A stretch of 64,000 nucleotides of DNA. It comes from the human T2T-CHM13v2.0 reference genome, Homo sapiens. Position 1 is the stretch's first letter. Each line of letters starts with the position of its first letter. Position numbers and translations under genes: made by a program. The stretch lies in NCBI RefSeq assembly GCF_009914755.1, contig NC_060945.1. One strand, given 5' to 3'. Below are positions 62,519 through 64,000 of the stretch, piece by piece. The notes beneath the pieces are model-generated. The model was given only the letters and a program-made list of their open reading frames with translations, was not told where the DNA came from and did no database searches.

Positions 62519-63078
62519 TGTATGGATGATGGACTAGCACTTAAGGTGGCCCTTGGGATCCTTACCTGATGGTATTTTTGCTTCTTTGTAATCACTTCCC
62601 CTTGAGCCTGAGCAGGTCTGAGATTTGCTACTAATAAATAGGACATGGCAAAGGTGACAGGTTGTCAGTGATTACACGTACAAGACTATGTTACATACAA
62701 TTTTTGGAACTCACTTGCTAAAGACTTTTTTCTTTCTCTTGCTGACTTTGAAGAAGAAATTTGTCAGGTTGTTAGCTTTTTGTGGAGTTTCAGATGCAGG
62801 AACTGAAGGAAGCATCTGGTTAACAGCCAGAGAGACACCAGAGCTCTTGGTATCACAACCTTCAAAACCTTGAACTTTCTCAACAACCACATGAGCTCAG
62901 AAGAGGACCCCAAGGCCTTAGATGAGACTACATTTCCAGCCAACAGACCAATTATAGTCTCAATAGAGCAGACATCTATGTCATGGCCAGACACCTAACT
63001 CCCAGTAAAATAATAAATGCATGTTTTAAGCTGTTAAATTTGTGCAAATACTGTCACTAAGTGACAGATTGTTAATAC
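62519..63078 (+). mobile_element. MLT1E/F-like LTR
   Basis: tgtaatcacttccccttgag...tggcaaaggtgacagg...caacaaccacatgagc...taataca. Confidence 0.75.
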
Positions 63079-63157
63079 AGCAGAAGATGAACACTCAAAA
63101 GATCTAGTGACCCAACATATTGGTGAGGTTTTAAAAGATCTAGTGATCTTGGGAAGA

Positions 63158-63305
63158 GGGAGAGATTGACAAACATTTTTATATGAGCCAGATAGCAAAT
63201 ATTTTAGCCTTTGCAATACGTAAGTTCCCTATTAAAACTACTCAATTCAGCTGTTGCAATGCCAAACAAATAGAAAATACACAAGCAAATGAGTGTGCTG
63301 GGCAT
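63158..63305 (+). mobile_element. MER58A fragment
   Basis: gccagatagcaaatattttagcctttgc...aactactcaattc. Confidence 0.75.
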
Positions 63306-64000
63306 GATGTCCTACCTAAAATAGGGAATAAATGTGTAGGTTTCTCATTTCCCAATGACAAAAAGTCAGCTATATAATATGGTCTATATAGTATAGTCTT
63401 GGATCTATATTACTTTGTATAACTCTTCAAGTTCTGAAGGCATCAATGTTCTACAGTTGTTAATAATGTTAAAAAACCATTTACCACATAGCATGAGAAA
63501 TCCTGGCCCCCAACTTTGTGTGAGGCCTAGAGTAGGAAAGTCCAGTCCAGTTTGCAGTACAAGTAGCCCTGCCTCTTGACCTAAACTTTATATTACTAGA
63601 ATGTTCTGTGGTTTGAAAGGTGGTAAGTGGAATTTATGAGGTAGCCTTAAATCAAAATGTAGTCCCTTAGGGTTCAAGGCCATGTCATCTGCATCAGAAA
63701 AGTATACAACATTTGAAAACCAGCTCCTAGAATGTGGGCCCACGTTCAGACGGAGCACCTAACAATGGATCATTAAAATACTCTGCAGTGGAGAATACCA
63801 TAGGAGCTAGTTCTGTTAGATCCACAAAGGCATAGATCAAATGGGTAAGATACAATTCAGGATTTGGTAGAAGTGTTATATCTGGTGTCAGACATGAGCA
63901 GAACCATGGGGCCTAGGTATCATTTGTAGCAGGAACCCCACATGTCACCATCGCTGCTTCACTAGTGCCTCTACCACTGCTCATTTCCATGGCTTTATAG

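Larger units (their letters stand above)
61940..64000 (+). pseudogene. Decayed ERV-L (class III) pol remnant (RT to RNase H region), interrupted by MLT1 and MER58A
   Basis: FNSPV..LTVDY at ~62088-62150; GHYIDDTMLI with YIDD at 62432-62443; PLGF.KAMSSASEKYTTFENQLL at ~63665-63730; many stops and frameshifts. Confidence 0.8.

Overview
Primate, almost certainly human, genomic DNA (AluY/AluS, L1PA, LTR12, THE1/MST and MADE1 are all present). It is AT-rich and repeat-dense, and no protein-coding gene is supportable: the listed ORFs derive from Alu, LTR or simple repeats. Content: about 25 Alu copies or fragments; two full-length MST (MaLR) proviruses; many solo LTRs (LTR12, MER4A1, MER57, MER31, LTR1/28-like, MLT1/MLT2, THE1); DNA-transposon fossils (MADE1, MER3, Tigger2a, MER20, MER58A); and a decayed ERV-L pol with a recognisable YIDD motif at the right end. 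The most unusual signal is a cluster of local templated-copy events. (1) A ~300-bp inverted copy sits between 80-bp direct repeats, followed by a fold-back hairpin (49.2-51.2 kb). (2) A MER31 LTR and its insertion junction were copied twice at different ages (to 31 kb and 40.9 kb). (3) An Alu-plus-flank segment was copied from 57.5 kb into the (TA)n tract of an MLT2A LTR. (4) There is a 48-bp-arm near-perfect hairpin at 30 kb, an inverted repeat around AT-rich filler at 20.6-21.3 kb, and a 99-bp tandem duplication. A tiny L1PA insertion may carry a 3' transduction. Repeat family names come from recalled consensus sequences and all alignments were done by eye, so subfamily calls and boundaries are approximate.
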